A DNA stretch of 63,450 bases, the filler included, from Octopus bimaculoides (Eukaryota): NCBI RefSeq assembly GCF_001194135.2. It is 4 parts of 4 records of this genome, joined end to end, with 100 filler letters (N's around TTAATTAATTAA, not from the genome) between each part and the next. Parts side by side here need not be neighbours in the genome. Positions count along the whole stretch, not along the records: positions 7,070 to 17,972 come from NC_068984.1; positions 18,073 to 42,352 come from NC_068999.1; 2 more parts are not named here. One strand, written 5' to 3'. The position numbers were made by a program, and so were the translations under genes. Under the pieces are notes generated by a model. The model was given only the letters and a program-made list of their open reading frames with translations, did not search any database and was not told the origin of the DNA. Shown here piece by piece: positions 14,696-27,384 of this stretch; the stretch's first letter is position 1, and every line of letters begins with the position of its first letter.

Positions 14696-15494
14696 NNNNN
14701 NNNNNNNNNNNNNNATATCTGTTTACAGAACATAGAAATAATGGTTTATATAAATTTACTTATATTTTTTTATTCAATGGCTTACAATTAATTCAGATAT
14801 GCGTTTGGATAGGTTCATAGCTTGATATTTTCAGCCGATGAACTAAATGACTGAAAATATGGGAGAACGCTACCCATGATATCTTCTTGAGAGCTGCGAC
14901 AAAGCAACAGCCAAAGAAAACATTAAGATTTGGAATTTCGTTATCATCGCATTATTAGAGAGCTAGATAAGGTATTTTAAGTAATGAAACTTAAACCATT
15001 TTTTCCTGCCTCTACAAGGACTCAATGGCACTGACGCCGGTAGAGAAACCTGATACCCGACCACATCGTTATGTTCAGTGGCAGGCTTTTGGTGATTACA
15101 ATTGCATTTAGAAAACATTTTCTGAGGTAAGTATTTAAAAGTTTTTAAATCTATTTACTATGAACTGTGATAGAAATACGACAGACTCGTAAACAGTTTA
15201 CAAGTTTAAATCCTAAATACTAGAAACAATGAATTATAAATAAACTATGACTGGTAAAGCCGCAATAGTACTAAGATTTAGATATAATCCTACAATACAA
15301 GATTAGGATTTAACTGGTTACATATAATCGCTATATAAGATTGTAGAGTAAATAACATTATTTACAATGGACGGAGAGATGTCCTCACCTTGTTTGGTGT
15401 TATCAAAACGTCTTCTGGCGGAGTTTCGTTCCCAAATGGAGTGCACTGTCCTTATTCCTAAGGTATGCTATTTTTCTGTTGATATTATTTTTCA

Positions 15495-15568
15495 AGTCCC
15501 TGCCTGCGATTGAACTTAGGATCCGAAGGTTAGTAGTCCGCGCATTTATCCACTACGCTACATGCCCG
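15495..15568 (-). promoter_or_regulatory. tRNA-like Pol III promoter within the PLE 3' repeat
   Basis: Minus strand GGGCATGTAGCGTAGTGGATAAATGCGCGGACTACTAACC...AAGTTCAATCGC: A box, anticodon-like loop and B-like box starting about 30 bp after the ORF stop at 15597. Confidence 0.55.
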
Positions 15569-16889
15569 TAGGCAATTATACAGTGAATTTTAGGGCTTAT
15601 ATACCTAGTAGTTTATCTTTTCTTAATACTGATTCCACTCTTACATTCATATCTGCACTAGGTCTGCTTAGGAGGTTATTGTATCCTTGCATATGTGAAA
15701 CCTCTTTCAATTTTCGTATTTCCCAGAAGCGTTTTCTGTCGATTATTCTAACTACATCCAACAGCAGAGGTAGTCTCCGTTTTTCCATACATGATCGGCT
15801 ATACCCGATATTTCAACATGTATATATTGGTAATTACTGGTGATAATGGCGAAACCATAGCTAAACACTCATCCTGTCGATATATATCAAGTAGTTTCGA
15901 CGCAGACAGTCAACATTTCCATCAGGTTTTCTATTGGTATATTAGCGCGTTCTTTCCGAGAGGTATCCGTTATCCAATGGGGTTATGCTTGATCAATTCT
16001 ATGAAGTAAGTGGAATTCTTCACATACGATGTTGACTCACCTGCTAATGAACTGATTATATCCACAAGGAAGCGGCTCAGGGGATGATATGCCGAAACAC
16101 CACAGCTCACTATAGGTCTCAGGAAATCGTACAGGTGTGGCAGCTTACTGTAATGTTGGGTCAGTTGTCTGTACTTCATTGGTATGAAGTGAGTCTTGTT
16201 CTTGATTAAGATTTGTGACAACTTCCTCTCTGTTTTCAGAATTGAGTCATTCTTTATTTTGCTGTAACTGCCATCACTTATGAGACTTGCCAATTTTTCC
16301 AAGTATTCAGACTTCTTCATCACCAACGTAGCTTTGCCCTTGTAAGCTGGAAGTATTATGATGGAACTGTCACGCTGTAATGTTTTAATAACAAACTTTC
16401 TTCCTTAGTGATGTTTGGTTTAGGAAGTTTCGCACTCTCTAGTACCTATTTCACTTTCCATCTCAGTTCATTTCCCTGAACATTTGGTATCTTTGATGCT
16501 ATCTCTTCAATAAGGGATATTATGTCCAAGTATGGAATGCGCTTGATGGTTGTCGCACAGTTTAGACCTTTGTTCAGTACTGCTTCATCGGAGGTGTCCA
16601 GTTGTCGGATACTTACGTCAGTTACTGCTTTCACAAGTAGGTGATGTGCTTTGGTCTTTATTCTCTGACCTTTGAGATCCACAAACTTCTAAATATGGTA
16701 TGCCTTCACCTTTTAACATTCTTCCTTGTACAACTTTCTTAGACCTTATTGAATTTTCTCTCTGTCATCATCTCTGATTATTCTCCCAAGTAATGAATAT
16801 AGCCTATCTCTGATTTCGCTATTTCTTTTCGCAACCGTTCGACCTTTATTTGAATCCACTGATTCCATTATAGTCAAGCAATATTGATT

Positions 16890-17135
16890 TGATATACTAG
16901 GCTTATAAGCCCTAAAATTCATTCTATAATTGTCCGCGAACATATAGCGTAGTGGATAATAGTGTGCCCCATTAGTTAAGTACAGGGTTAGGTTCAAAAT
17001 TCCACTAGAATACCTGATGGAGACTGGAGAGTACGTCAGCCGAAACGTTGGGATAACAATAAAGAAAAGTGAAGAAACCTGTCCATCCATTGTAAATAAT
17101 GTATATAATTCCTCATCTCCAAAAGATAGAATAGT
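16890..17135 (+). repeat. Inverted pseudo-LTR copy at the PLE 5' end
   Basis: Shares TAGCGTAGTGGATAA and GATAACA..TCCATTGTAAATAATGT with the minus-strand tail at 15350-15610. Confidence 0.75.
17010..17053 (+). ncRNA. Degenerate type I hammerhead motif in the PLE pseudo-LTR
   Basis: CTGATGG-A-GACTGG-agagtacg-TCAGCC-GAAACGTT. Stem II has one mismatch, the helix III region AACGTT is palindromic, and A9 is mutated. Confidence 0.5.
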
Positions 17136-17499
17136 ATTATAGTGAATAACATAAGTACAAAACGATGAAAGCAAAACAAAAACTAGATTGCTAATCGACG
17201 TAACTGCCTCCTGCTTTTGATATGCGTATGTGTGAGTGGGTGTGTATGTGTATGAGCACGTGCGTGTATATATGCATATATGCGAGCGTGTGCCTGAGTG
17301 TTTGTTTGCGCTCGAGTATGTGTGTATGTAAGTATAAAATTTGGAACGTCGAGTAATTTTGTTCTAAATACAATACACCATTAACGCTTGATAAACTGAA
17401 TTTAAGAGATGAACAAACTGCTGATGACTATTGTAAATAATTTCGATTAAACGAAAAAAGAAAATCGTAAGACTCACGTATTACCGACAATTGACATGC

Positions 17500-17800
17500 A
17501 CTTACAGGCTTATGGCGTAGTGGTTAAGGGCGCAGGCTACTAACCCCGAGTTTCCGAGTTCGATTCCCGTTAATGACCTGAATGATAATAATAATAATAA
17601 TAATAATAATCATAATAATAATAATAACAACAACAACACCGAAACATACCTTAGGAATGAGAACCCAGGTTCTAAATTTTCCCCATGACATGATGAAAGC
17701 TGAAACGTTGTGTTAACAACAAAAAAGATGAGGACAAATATCTGTCAAAAGTAAATAATGTAAATAATGTACGTGAGTCCTCAACTCTTAAATATAGATC
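17500..17800 (+). mobile_element. Solo tRNA-headed SINE-like copy of the PLE terminal repeat
   Basis: A box TGGCGTAGTGG (17513-17523), B box GAGTTCGATTCC (17556-17567), (AAT)n, ATACCTTAGGAAT, ATGATGAAAGCTGAAACGTTGTG, then a tail shared with 16890-17135 and 15350-15480. Confidence 0.75.
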
Positions 17801-17941
17801 TAAGATGACACATGTTCTTATAGAGGACGTTCATTCTTTCTTTCTCTCTTTTTTCTCTCAATTTCTCTCTTCCCCTATTTCTGTCTCTCTGTATGTTTGT
17901 ATTTATATACATACATATATGCATGCATACATACATACATG

Positions 17942-17972
<31 letters not shown>

Positions 17973-18072
17973 NNNNNNNNNNNNNNNNNNNNNNNNNNNN
18001 NNNNNNNNNNNNNNNNTTAATTAATTAANNNNNNNNNNNNNNNNNNNNNNNNNNNNNNNNNNNNNNNNNNNN
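17973..18072. other. Artificial 100-bp scaffold spacer
   Basis: 44 N + TTAATTAATTAA (18017-18028) + 44 N. Confidence 0.95.
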
Positions 18073-18146
18073 ATTGTTTCAAGGGAATTTCATTCCCCAA
18101 TAATACTAAGTATTAAACCATCCCTTTACACGATTAACATTTCCTA

Positions 18147-18176
<30 letters not shown>

Positions 18177-18177
<1 letters not shown>

Positions 18178-18253
18178 GATCTTCTATATGATCTTACATG
18201 CCTACATTATCTTCTATATGATTTTACATGCCTGCATGATCTTACATGCCTAC
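18177..18253. repeat. Short imperfect minisatellite
   Basis: Repeated ATGATCTTCTAT and ATGATCTTACATGCCTAC modules. Confidence 0.6.
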
Positions 18254-18313
18254 ACAAAATTGTACCTGCCTTCAACGGTACTCTAGTATATAGACGTTCC
18301 AACGCATGCAGTT

Positions 18314-18410
<97 letters not shown>

Positions 18411-19418
18411 CATACAAATGAATGAATATTTTCATATGTAATATGGATGGATGAATCTCTGTGTGTTTGTACCAGTGATGGTTTGGTTTTCATGGTTTAT
18501 TCAGGTGTCAGAGGATTTCGTTCCTTCATGGTTATAATGTACCAAAAAGTCTCGGAGCATTTTCATATTACTGTGAACTGCATTATATTTTGTTATTCAA
18601 GATCTCTGTTTTAACAGGATGTGCCACTACGCACGTCAAAACATTTACTTTGTTCTTTGCGGGTCATCATATCATTACATATCTTTGACCTGGTATGTCA
18701 CTTGACCAGAATCTCAAAGATAGTTTATATGAAATATTTAAAAAGAAGGCCAATTTTCGTCCACTACACCTAAAGAGTTTGGTTTTCTCATAACCACAGT
18801 ATGTTAGGAAGCCATTAAAGCAATAAGAACGCCAACAAAATACTGACATCTGGCATTTCCGATTCCTTTCTTTTTCAAGTTTAACCAACTTCCAGTGATG
18901 TTATGATATGTTTTGGATATTCAGATATCAAAATGTAATATTTTAACTGCGTAAGAAATGCTCTATTATCTCAAAACGATATTGGGAATAAATTATTTTA
19001 TATTTAGAGAACCTCAGGCAATAGAAAACCCGACGTTTTGATTTAACTGCCGACAAATATTCAATTAATACATAATATTTTAATTTTTCTGAGACTCAGT
19101 GTATATAAACATACAAGTATGTTTGCGCTTTACGAAGCAGAAAAATGTATAACGTTTTGAAATATCATTTTTTTGTTTTGTTTCAATGATGCGATTATTC
19201 CTCTTGTACCACTTCAAAATACAGATACACGATGGTCGGACTAAAGTTCACAATTTTTATATCTTCTTTTTCAAGAAACAGCTGGATATGTTGGTGAACA
19301 ATCAACGCGTTGGAGAACGTAAAGATTAAAGTTATAGTTCAGAAAAAGTTAGCTGACATAGAGGAATGCAAGTCATCTGAATATTAGAAAATAGTTACTT
19401 ATATCATGATGATTCGCG

Positions 19419-20519
19419 CAGGGTATCAAAATACCGGCATCATGACTGCTACTAAATTCTGTGTGAACACTGTAAAGGCTGTAAGATGTAACATGGACAG
19501 TTCCAAACATAGACTACGAAGCTGTGGCTAGCAGGAAGAACCACGACAGGCGTCATGACTTCGTCCGCACGCCAGAAATTCATCCAACAACCGTAGGATT
19601 GGGTGATGGAAGATCTGAGCAATGTAATCCGGGCGTTGACCAGAGACATGGGTGTTGAAGTCACTACTATGAAGTTGGCCCTGAATAAGGACCTTCGCTG
19701 CCACTCGTACAAGGCGGTACAAGGGACAATTTCTGACAGCCAAGACCAAGGAGAACCACTTAATGAACGTAAAGAAACTTCTGAACAAACTGAGGCATCC
19801 TGTTGAGCCGGGGACGATCTGGTTCTTCTCAGATGAAAAATACTTAAGCCAGGATCAGTTCTCCAACAGCTGAAGAAACACGTGTCTTGTCTACAATACC
19901 TTCGATGTCTCACGTATCATGAAAATCAAGTTCTTCTAGTCTGTGATGGGCTTTGAATGTTTCTCCAATGAGGGTGACATACTGCCGCACGTCTTCAAGC
20001 AGGTCCTTTGGCTCAATTCAGACGGCTGTGTGAAGCTGCTGGAGACTGTGGTCAAGCCCTAAATAGAGACGGTTACTGCTGGAAAGCTATATGTGTAACA
20101 GTAGCATTCAGTTCCTTGCCATACCTTCAGAAAGAACCAAAAGTTGTTGGAAAATTTCTATGACTTCACCAGCTCTAATTTCTGGGATGTTAATGCTCTT
20201 GGTTGTAATCCCATGGATTACTAAGAGTGGGGCGCGGTTGAGAAAAAAACCAACTGCTCTGCCTGCAGCACAAAGGCCGAGATGGTAGCCAAGATCAAGG
20301 AGGTGTTCGAAGATCTTCCGAGGGACACAATAAGGAATGCATGCAACAAGTTCGTTCCGGAGTCGTGTAGAGGCTGAGGTGGAAGCTGAGGGTGGTTGGT
20401 TTGAGTAAGCTGATATCTCTCAGCCATAAACTTGTTGACATTCTTCTATTTTTCTAATTTTTGTATGGGATATTGTTTTCTTTTCATTTTATGCAGTCAA
20501 ATTTTATTCAAACACCCTG
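19419..20519 (+). mobile_element. Decayed Tc1/mariner maT (DD37D-like) transposon
   Basis: Frameshifted transposase: RALTRDMGV..LNKDLRCHSYK, IWFFSDEK, CNPMDY..WGAVEKKTN..EAEGGWFE. The 3' TIR ends CACCCTG|TA. A possible 5' TIR CAGGGT starts at 19419. Confidence 0.8.
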
Positions 20520-22524
20520 TAATTTTAGAAGCTGGTAAATACGTTTCACAAAGGTCAATATCTATTTTTCTTTGGAGGTTAAAAATGGACAGTAAATTTA
20601 ATATTCAAATAAAGTTGTTGAGACGATTGATATATCCCACATCGAGAATCATTATTTCACATCGAAGTTTGTTTTCACTCACACAAATCTAACTACAAAT
20701 ATGAAGTCACGAAGAGGAATTAACATATGTTAAGGGCAAGGATGTGGAACAACAATCCTCAAGCTCAATTGTCCATTTTGTGACAGGGTCCTAAATAGCG
20801 AAAAACATAAAAAAGAAGAAAAACATCCAGACTTAATCGTGTACACATATGATCGAAGGTATTCTAGCTATGGCCATCTTATTAGAGAGTATGTGCAGGG
20901 CTACACTATCCATTACGTTCCTTTTCAAGATAGTAGAATCTGGTCTAAGGGAGATTTGACAGCTATTTCTAGCAGAAGAAGGCCCCAAGAAGAAGCTACC
21001 TTTTGGCACATAAAATACTATATTAGATGTGTTTTGTGCAGTTAGTAGGGTCTTTTTAAAGAAAAATTTCCATGAAAAGAAAATGTTTAAATGGAAATTT
21101 TATTCAAATCAAATTATAGAATTTTTTAAAATCAGTTTCTAGTTGGCGTAAATACTGAGCATCAGGAACGAAATATGTATACTATTAATCCTCGTGGATC
21201 GGTTAACATTTTCATTTTGAATCCTCCTCCGCTCAAAACTTGTATTACTTAGCTGTGTAATTTGAGAAAGAAAAAACAATCTGTAGATTTCCTTACATCG
21301 ACAGATTACCAGGCATAGTTTTATTTGATTCATTAATTAAGGGTGTCTTTTCTTTATTGTAATTATTGAATTTCTGCTAAATCTAATTAACCCACTTGAT
21401 TTTTCATGCGGTTTTAATCGGAATATTAATCTATGTTTCCGCTTATATAATTTACAAAGATTTCAAATGTAATTATTAGAAGCTGATCATGAACAATTTA
21501 TAAATCAAAGCATTGCTGCCAAACGGAAAGATAAGGAGATTTTTTTGCTAATATACCTGATCGTATTTGTGGCGAAATAATAATTTTTTGTGCTTTATTT
21601 AAGAGTAGGAATAAAAATATGGAGCAAATGTTACAAAATCTGTGACAAATTCGACAAATGTGTGAACAATGAAATATCTTACTAATAGATTTAGATATCA
21701 ACATAAGTGCGGAACTTAAAGGAATATATATATATATATATTGTTGTACTTGGGGATGGTCATATTGCCAGTTTAGCCAATAAAAACACACGCACTGTAT
21801 ATTTGGTGTTAATTTTTTTTTTTTCAGCTTTATATTACATTAATCTTAATCTTAATCTTAATCTTATTTCGGCCAGAGTTCTTTCGTCACACTTCTGTGA
21901 CCTCATCAGTGGTCCTTTGTTTCCTTCTTTCTTATGTGTGTCTCACCTTGCTAACTATATATATATATATAGATATAGATATAGTCTGATTTCGCATGTA
22001 ACTTTTCTAGTATGCAAAAATCAAAAAGTCAATTTGTTCTTTGTGACGACTGTATTTTCAAAGTTGCAAATGCAGTAATATACGGAGCAAGAAAGAAGTT
22101 TAGTGTCAATTAAAATATTTTAACATGCATTTCGATCGAATCCCTGACGAGTTAACATGGGATCTCCCAACGACAATGTAAACTTCATATAATCAAGGTA
22201 TCCTTGGCCTCAAGAGTTGCTTGCAGTCTTACCCTCGTTTGAATAATTTACTACTTCCGAGGTTCCGCTATCTATGAAACATATGTAGCCTGGATTTTAT
22301 CTCCTCCATTCCCTAATGTTTGAATTCGCATTTTCAACAACCTCTGTTGCTAATCGTGAACTATAAAATGCACTTTTTTTCGGCTTATCGTACTTCGATA
22401 TGGGAAAAATTTATAACCTTCTGCGCCATTAAACCACTATTGTTTTTGAAAGCTGCTTTTTTTATATCTTCTACAGATTGCTTGAAGCTCACTCACTTCC
22501 TACTCCTTGATCCTTGGATCTTAT

Positions 22525-22566
<42 letters not shown>

Positions 22567-22723
22567 TTATAAACTAGGGTACAAACTAGTACCAGCATTG
22601 TTAGAAACAAGAGTCAAGAACAATTCAATTAGTCACAAAAATTACTTGTTTTAATAAGTTGACGAAAGAGAGGAAACGAGAAAACTACGTACCGTAGTGA
22701 GACACACTCATAAGTGAAGAAGA

Positions 22724-22794
22724 AGATATATTCATATCACGGGATTTCGAACTCTGATGAGAACATCTCAGTTCTCGTCAGTGGATCTTACTGC
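22724..22794 (-). ncRNA. Type I hammerhead ribozyme motif (left arm)
   Basis: Minus strand GCAG-TAAG-ATCCA-CTGACGA-GAACT..AGTTC-GAA-ATCCCGTGAT-A-TGAAT. Core and stem II are perfect. Helices I and III carry point mutations. Confidence 0.65.
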
Positions 22795-23104
22795 GCTTAG
22801 GATTAAGCTCAACTCGCCTTGTCAACTCATAAGAAAAGCCGTTGAAAGCGTGCGCAATTTCAAAACGGTAGAAGTGTATTCTATAAATAATGTAGGTGGC
22901 CCATTATCAATTAAAACCTACAGGCAAATTTATAAGCAAGGATACAAAATAGTATCAACATTGCTAGAAATAAGGGTAAAAAACAACTCAATTAGCCTCA
23001 GAAAGCATTTATCTTAATAAGTTGACGAAATACATCTTTACCATTTTGAAATTGCGCACGCTTTCAACGGTTTTTCTTATGAGTTGACGAGGCTTAACCC
23101 TAGG

Positions 23105-23181
23105 TGCAGTAAGATGCACTGACGAGAACTGAGATGTAACGCATCGGAGTTCGAAAATCATGTGATATGGATATATCTGCA
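23105..23181 (+). ncRNA. Type I hammerhead ribozyme motif (right arm)
   Basis: TGCAG-TAAG-ATGCA-CTGACGA(23119-23125)-GAACT-gaGATGtaacgCATCgg-AGTTC-GAAA-ATCATGTGAT-A-TGGAT-ATAT-CTGCA. Confidence 0.7.
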
Positions 23182-23376
23182 TCTTTACTTATGGGGGTGT
23201 CTCGCTACGGTACGTAGTTTTCTCCTCGCTTCCTCTCTTTCGTCAACTTAAGGTAAGTACTTTTTGTGGTTAATTAAGTCGTTTTTGACTCTTGTTTCTA
23301 GTAATGCTGGTACTATTTTGTACTCTTGTTTATAGATTTGCCTGTAGGTTTTAATTTCTAATGGGTCACCTACATT

Positions 23377-23510
<134 letters not shown>

Positions 23511-24085
23511 ACGTACACACACATATCTATATATAAGAGCACATGCAACTACATTTATGTGTACATTTAGTGCTTGTAACACAAATCTATCAAGACCAGA
23601 TATACCACGAAGAAAATACTTCCATGCTGTTATCCGGGCTTTCATCAAAAATATACTGAATATAATAATGTCTCCATTTTCGCTTTTATGTATTCCAGTC
23701 ATTTAACTGCAGTCATGCTGGGATAAGGACTTGAAAGGCTCTTACCCTACCGTATCTGCCCAACAACTTAGTTTTAAAATGTGGTATTTTTAAAATCTTT
23801 TTGTTGGAATGCTAAGTCACAAAACGTAAACAAAGAGAATCGGTTTGTTTTTTCAAGGTATGTCAAAACTAAGGTTAAGATAGACACGAAATCAAGCATA
23901 CGCACGTATACATATAAACTTATACATTCACGCACGCATACACTCACACACACATACACATATATACATACATCTGTGAGTGTGTGAAATGCTGCTTTGG
24001 TATACTGGTTAGCACTTTGCGGCAGACATCTGAGATTCGATGCCAGCAACGAAGCTCCAGCTTATATTAAAATACATTAAATAAA

Positions 24086-24480
24086 CTAGGTGACGTACCC
24101 GGTAATTCCCGGGAAAGCGAGGCTTATCCCTTGGTTCCGTTCTCATAATTGTTTCGCTAATCCAATAACAACAATACAAAGTATGTAGCCCTTAAAACGG
24201 TTTTTGTGCATTTACAGAGAATACCGAACTGTCTTACCGAAAGTTTAATTCATTATCTTTCTTTTGCCCAACTACAACCCAGTGTTTTATTCTCGGAGTT
24301 TTTAAGGTGGTAATAGCGTCTTTTGGCGTCTATTTTTCCAGCGCGTGGAGAGGCTTATAGCCAATCCGTTGTTATAATTATGTATATAATTATCAAAATA
24401 TTTATAAATTTACCGATAAGGTTTTTATTTCCGCGCTGACCCCTGGTAATATCATTAATGATTTTTGCCCTTTATTCTAA
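24086..24480 (+). mobile_element. Possible non-autonomous Helitron-like element
   Basis: Starts ACTAGGTGACGTACCCGGTAATTCCCCGGG (ACTAG plus a CCCGG/CCGGG hairpin, as in Lep1-type 5' ends) and ends in an (AT)n tract. No coding evidence. Confidence 0.35.
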
Positions 24481-27384
24481 TATATATATATATATATATA
24501 AATGGTGTGGATGTTGCGATTTTCTGACAATAACAGCAATTGGGAATATACAAGTCAAGCAAATCTGAAGCTTCAAATTGTAAGTCAAAATGATATATTC
24601 CTTGTCCGAAAAGACCAGATAGCTGTAGAATTTTAAGTAGGAATGGACTATTGAGTGAAGTATATAAAGCATTAACTGTTAAAAGAATCAGGAAGGAATT
24701 TTTATCTTCCAAGGCTTTTCATATATTTTACAAGAAGCGCATGTAGATACGATTCGGCTAAATATTTTCGATATGGATATATTTAATGCATATTGATTTT
24801 TGTTAATGGAAAAAACTGTCACATATTAGCACATGGTTATATTTTTAATGCAGAATTTAAAGAAATACAATAATTCTATACGAAATGACAACTTATTCTA
24901 ATAATTTGCGTTTTTTCTTTTTGCTAACAACCCATCTCTATAGTGTTCTACAGCAATGTAGTAGCTTTCACTGAAATATGTCTGAAGTTATTTTCTTTAA
25001 ATCAATTTTTATCAACAGACAAATCCGTGAAATCACAATTCTACAAAAGGAAAATATAATGCAGAATCTACTACAATTAGTTGTGGCCATATTTCAGCTG
25101 TATGAACATATATTGCTTAATATATAACGTCATTTAAAGTGGTGCACGCATTGTCAGAAACACAAAAGAAGTAATATAGAGGAGGGCAGTGTAAGTACTG
25201 ATGGGAGATATTAATGGTTTCTTTGTAACCTTTAAAGTGCTACTTGGAGAAGTACTTGAAGCGCTACGTAAAAGAGATTATTGCATTCGCATTAATATTC
25301 TGTTTAAATACATAAGAAATTTGTATCCAATTGGTTGAGTTAGAAATGTCACTTGTACTATTACTTCACCTGAGGTTATTCTGAATTTATAGACAGGTGT
25401 ATCAATTTTTATGTCATAGCTGTAATTTTATATATCTGGGAATGTAGGGAAGTTTCTTAGAGTAGTCTGGAATATTTTGAAATCGGATTATTGATTTCTA
25501 ATTGTTTCTCAGATCGGAAAAATTCATTTGAAACAATCCATTCCGATCGGATTGCTCACCAATCGTTTCCAGGTGATGTATTTTTATACGTAAATAACTT
25601 TAGTCTACTCTTCATCACAGTTTTATACATTGGATACGTTCTAGGAAAGTATACAATAGAGATTAAGATATTGAGTTAATTCGTAATTACTCTAGTGGCA
25701 ACTGCTCGCCATATATTTAAGGACTGGAACACAAGCAGAATTATTTTTCTCATTGGAATTATTAAACTTGGGGCTGTATTTTGTGGGAAATGAACATACG
25801 ATTTTATCCTACATTGGCGAAATCCTCCTTTATTTAGACATGTATCTGTCGTTGTTTTACTTACCTTGAATCATTTATGAATGGAACATTTATCATAAAA
25901 TATCCAGCTTGTTGTGATTCTTGATTAACATGCACTCCACCTTTCTCTCTTGGAAAATCCATGAGTCAAGCGATTCTATTCACCTTTTTCTTCGGTACAC
26001 ATAAGTATATACGTAAATCATTCACAAATAATCTTATAACGACCCCAATTATAAGCGGATGGATTTCGTTTAGGGGAGTCATTGATTATATTCTTCTAAC
26101 TCGTATAAAAATATTTTAAAACCTGAGTAAAAGTGATACTCTCGTATTTCTCTAAGGTGAATCGATGCTCTTGTATTTCCTTAAAATAAATCGAGACTCT
26201 CATATATCTGAAGAAAACTTTCCTGCTTTCTAGAAAACTATATCTTTGTCAATAATCTTGTATCGTTTGATGGTTTCTTTTATTTTCGATAGTCGGGTAG
26301 TTTCTTTGTGTCATTTTCCACAGAAGTAGTTAATAAATTGATTAGCGCTTAATGTTCTTGAGACGTGTAACTAAGTGAAACCAATGATAGAAAAAAGTTA
26401 CATCTCAACGGTATCTTTCTACAGTATAGTCTAGATTCAAAATCATCATATAAATAAAATCTCTAAATAAAGTCTTATTAAATATTGAAATATATGTATG
26501 CTATAAATATTCTTTTAAGAAAGAATAATCAAAATTAATAAGATAATTTGGTCTGTGTTCAAAAACTGCAACGTTCAGTTCACGACAAAATTATAATGTA
26601 CACTTTATATAATCATTCAGTTAAAAACCAAAACAATAACGAAAAATTGGATAGTTTGAACCTGGCTAACTTTGTAGTATTTCGACGCTTGATCGCTTTG
26701 TTTTCATTTGCACACTTACCCCTCTTTATTTAATCATTTGTTATAAGTTTCAATTTAGCATCATTGCTAAATGACCAGAAGAAAGGCAAAATACTGAAAA
26801 ATTGAAAGAGGAACATTTTGCACTTTGCACATGAATGAACTATCAAATTAACACTGTTACCGATGTGAATTAATTATATTTGTTAAATACAGATTTATTG
26901 GTTATTTTATAGTTTAAGTATTGTCATTTTTTTAAAGTAAACGATAGTTATTATAGAACATTATTTACATTTGACGGATATTTAAATATAGAACTGAATT
27001 ATTATAGAAGTTGTGTCTTAAATGATGTTCATGAAATAAAAACAAACTACTATTGTCATTATTTAATAAGAAACCGAAATTCAACTTGAGAGGTGTACAT
27101 TTTGCGAATTTAATTTTGCATATAAAATATTTCACATCAACATTATAAAGAAACAAATGTAGCGCATACTTTGAAAACACTAGTTGGCAAGCACTTCATA
27201 ATAGAACATAAACGTCACACTTTGCAATAGAAGCAACAGAAGAATTAGTTATCGCTGCATAAATACACAAAATACAATCACTAAACAACTTACCACAGAA
27301 CACGCAATACGCAGCCGCAACCATGCAGCTGCACAAGAACAAGGATATACCCATTAAATGAAGACTGTTTACAATGAAGACTGT

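Larger units (their letters stand above)
15350..17135 (-). mobile_element. Decayed Penelope-like element (Poseidon-type RT + GIY-YIG) with inverted pseudo-LTR
   Basis: Minus-strand peptides VLNKGLNCATTIKRIPYLDII, VMKKSEYLEKL..KLPHLY..LRPIVS..YVKNS and LAMVSPLSPVITNIYM, then MEK..LPLLLDV fused to IIDRKRFWEIRKLKEVSH. Stops, frameshifts and internal deletions are present (no YVDD or GIY motif seen). 15545-15610 is an inverted repeat of 16896-16965. Confidence 0.85.

Noticed and set aside
15368-15462. Open ATG..AAG|GTATGC exon-like segment (MDGEMSSPCLV...)
   Set aside because: It is the reverse complement of the PLE terminal repeat tail, so it is repeat-derived.
17513-17575. Possible true tRNA gene (also 15495-15568, 34960-35020 and 53022-53090)
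   Set aside because: There is no proper acceptor stem or cloverleaf, and each continues into a repeat body, so they are SINE-type heads.
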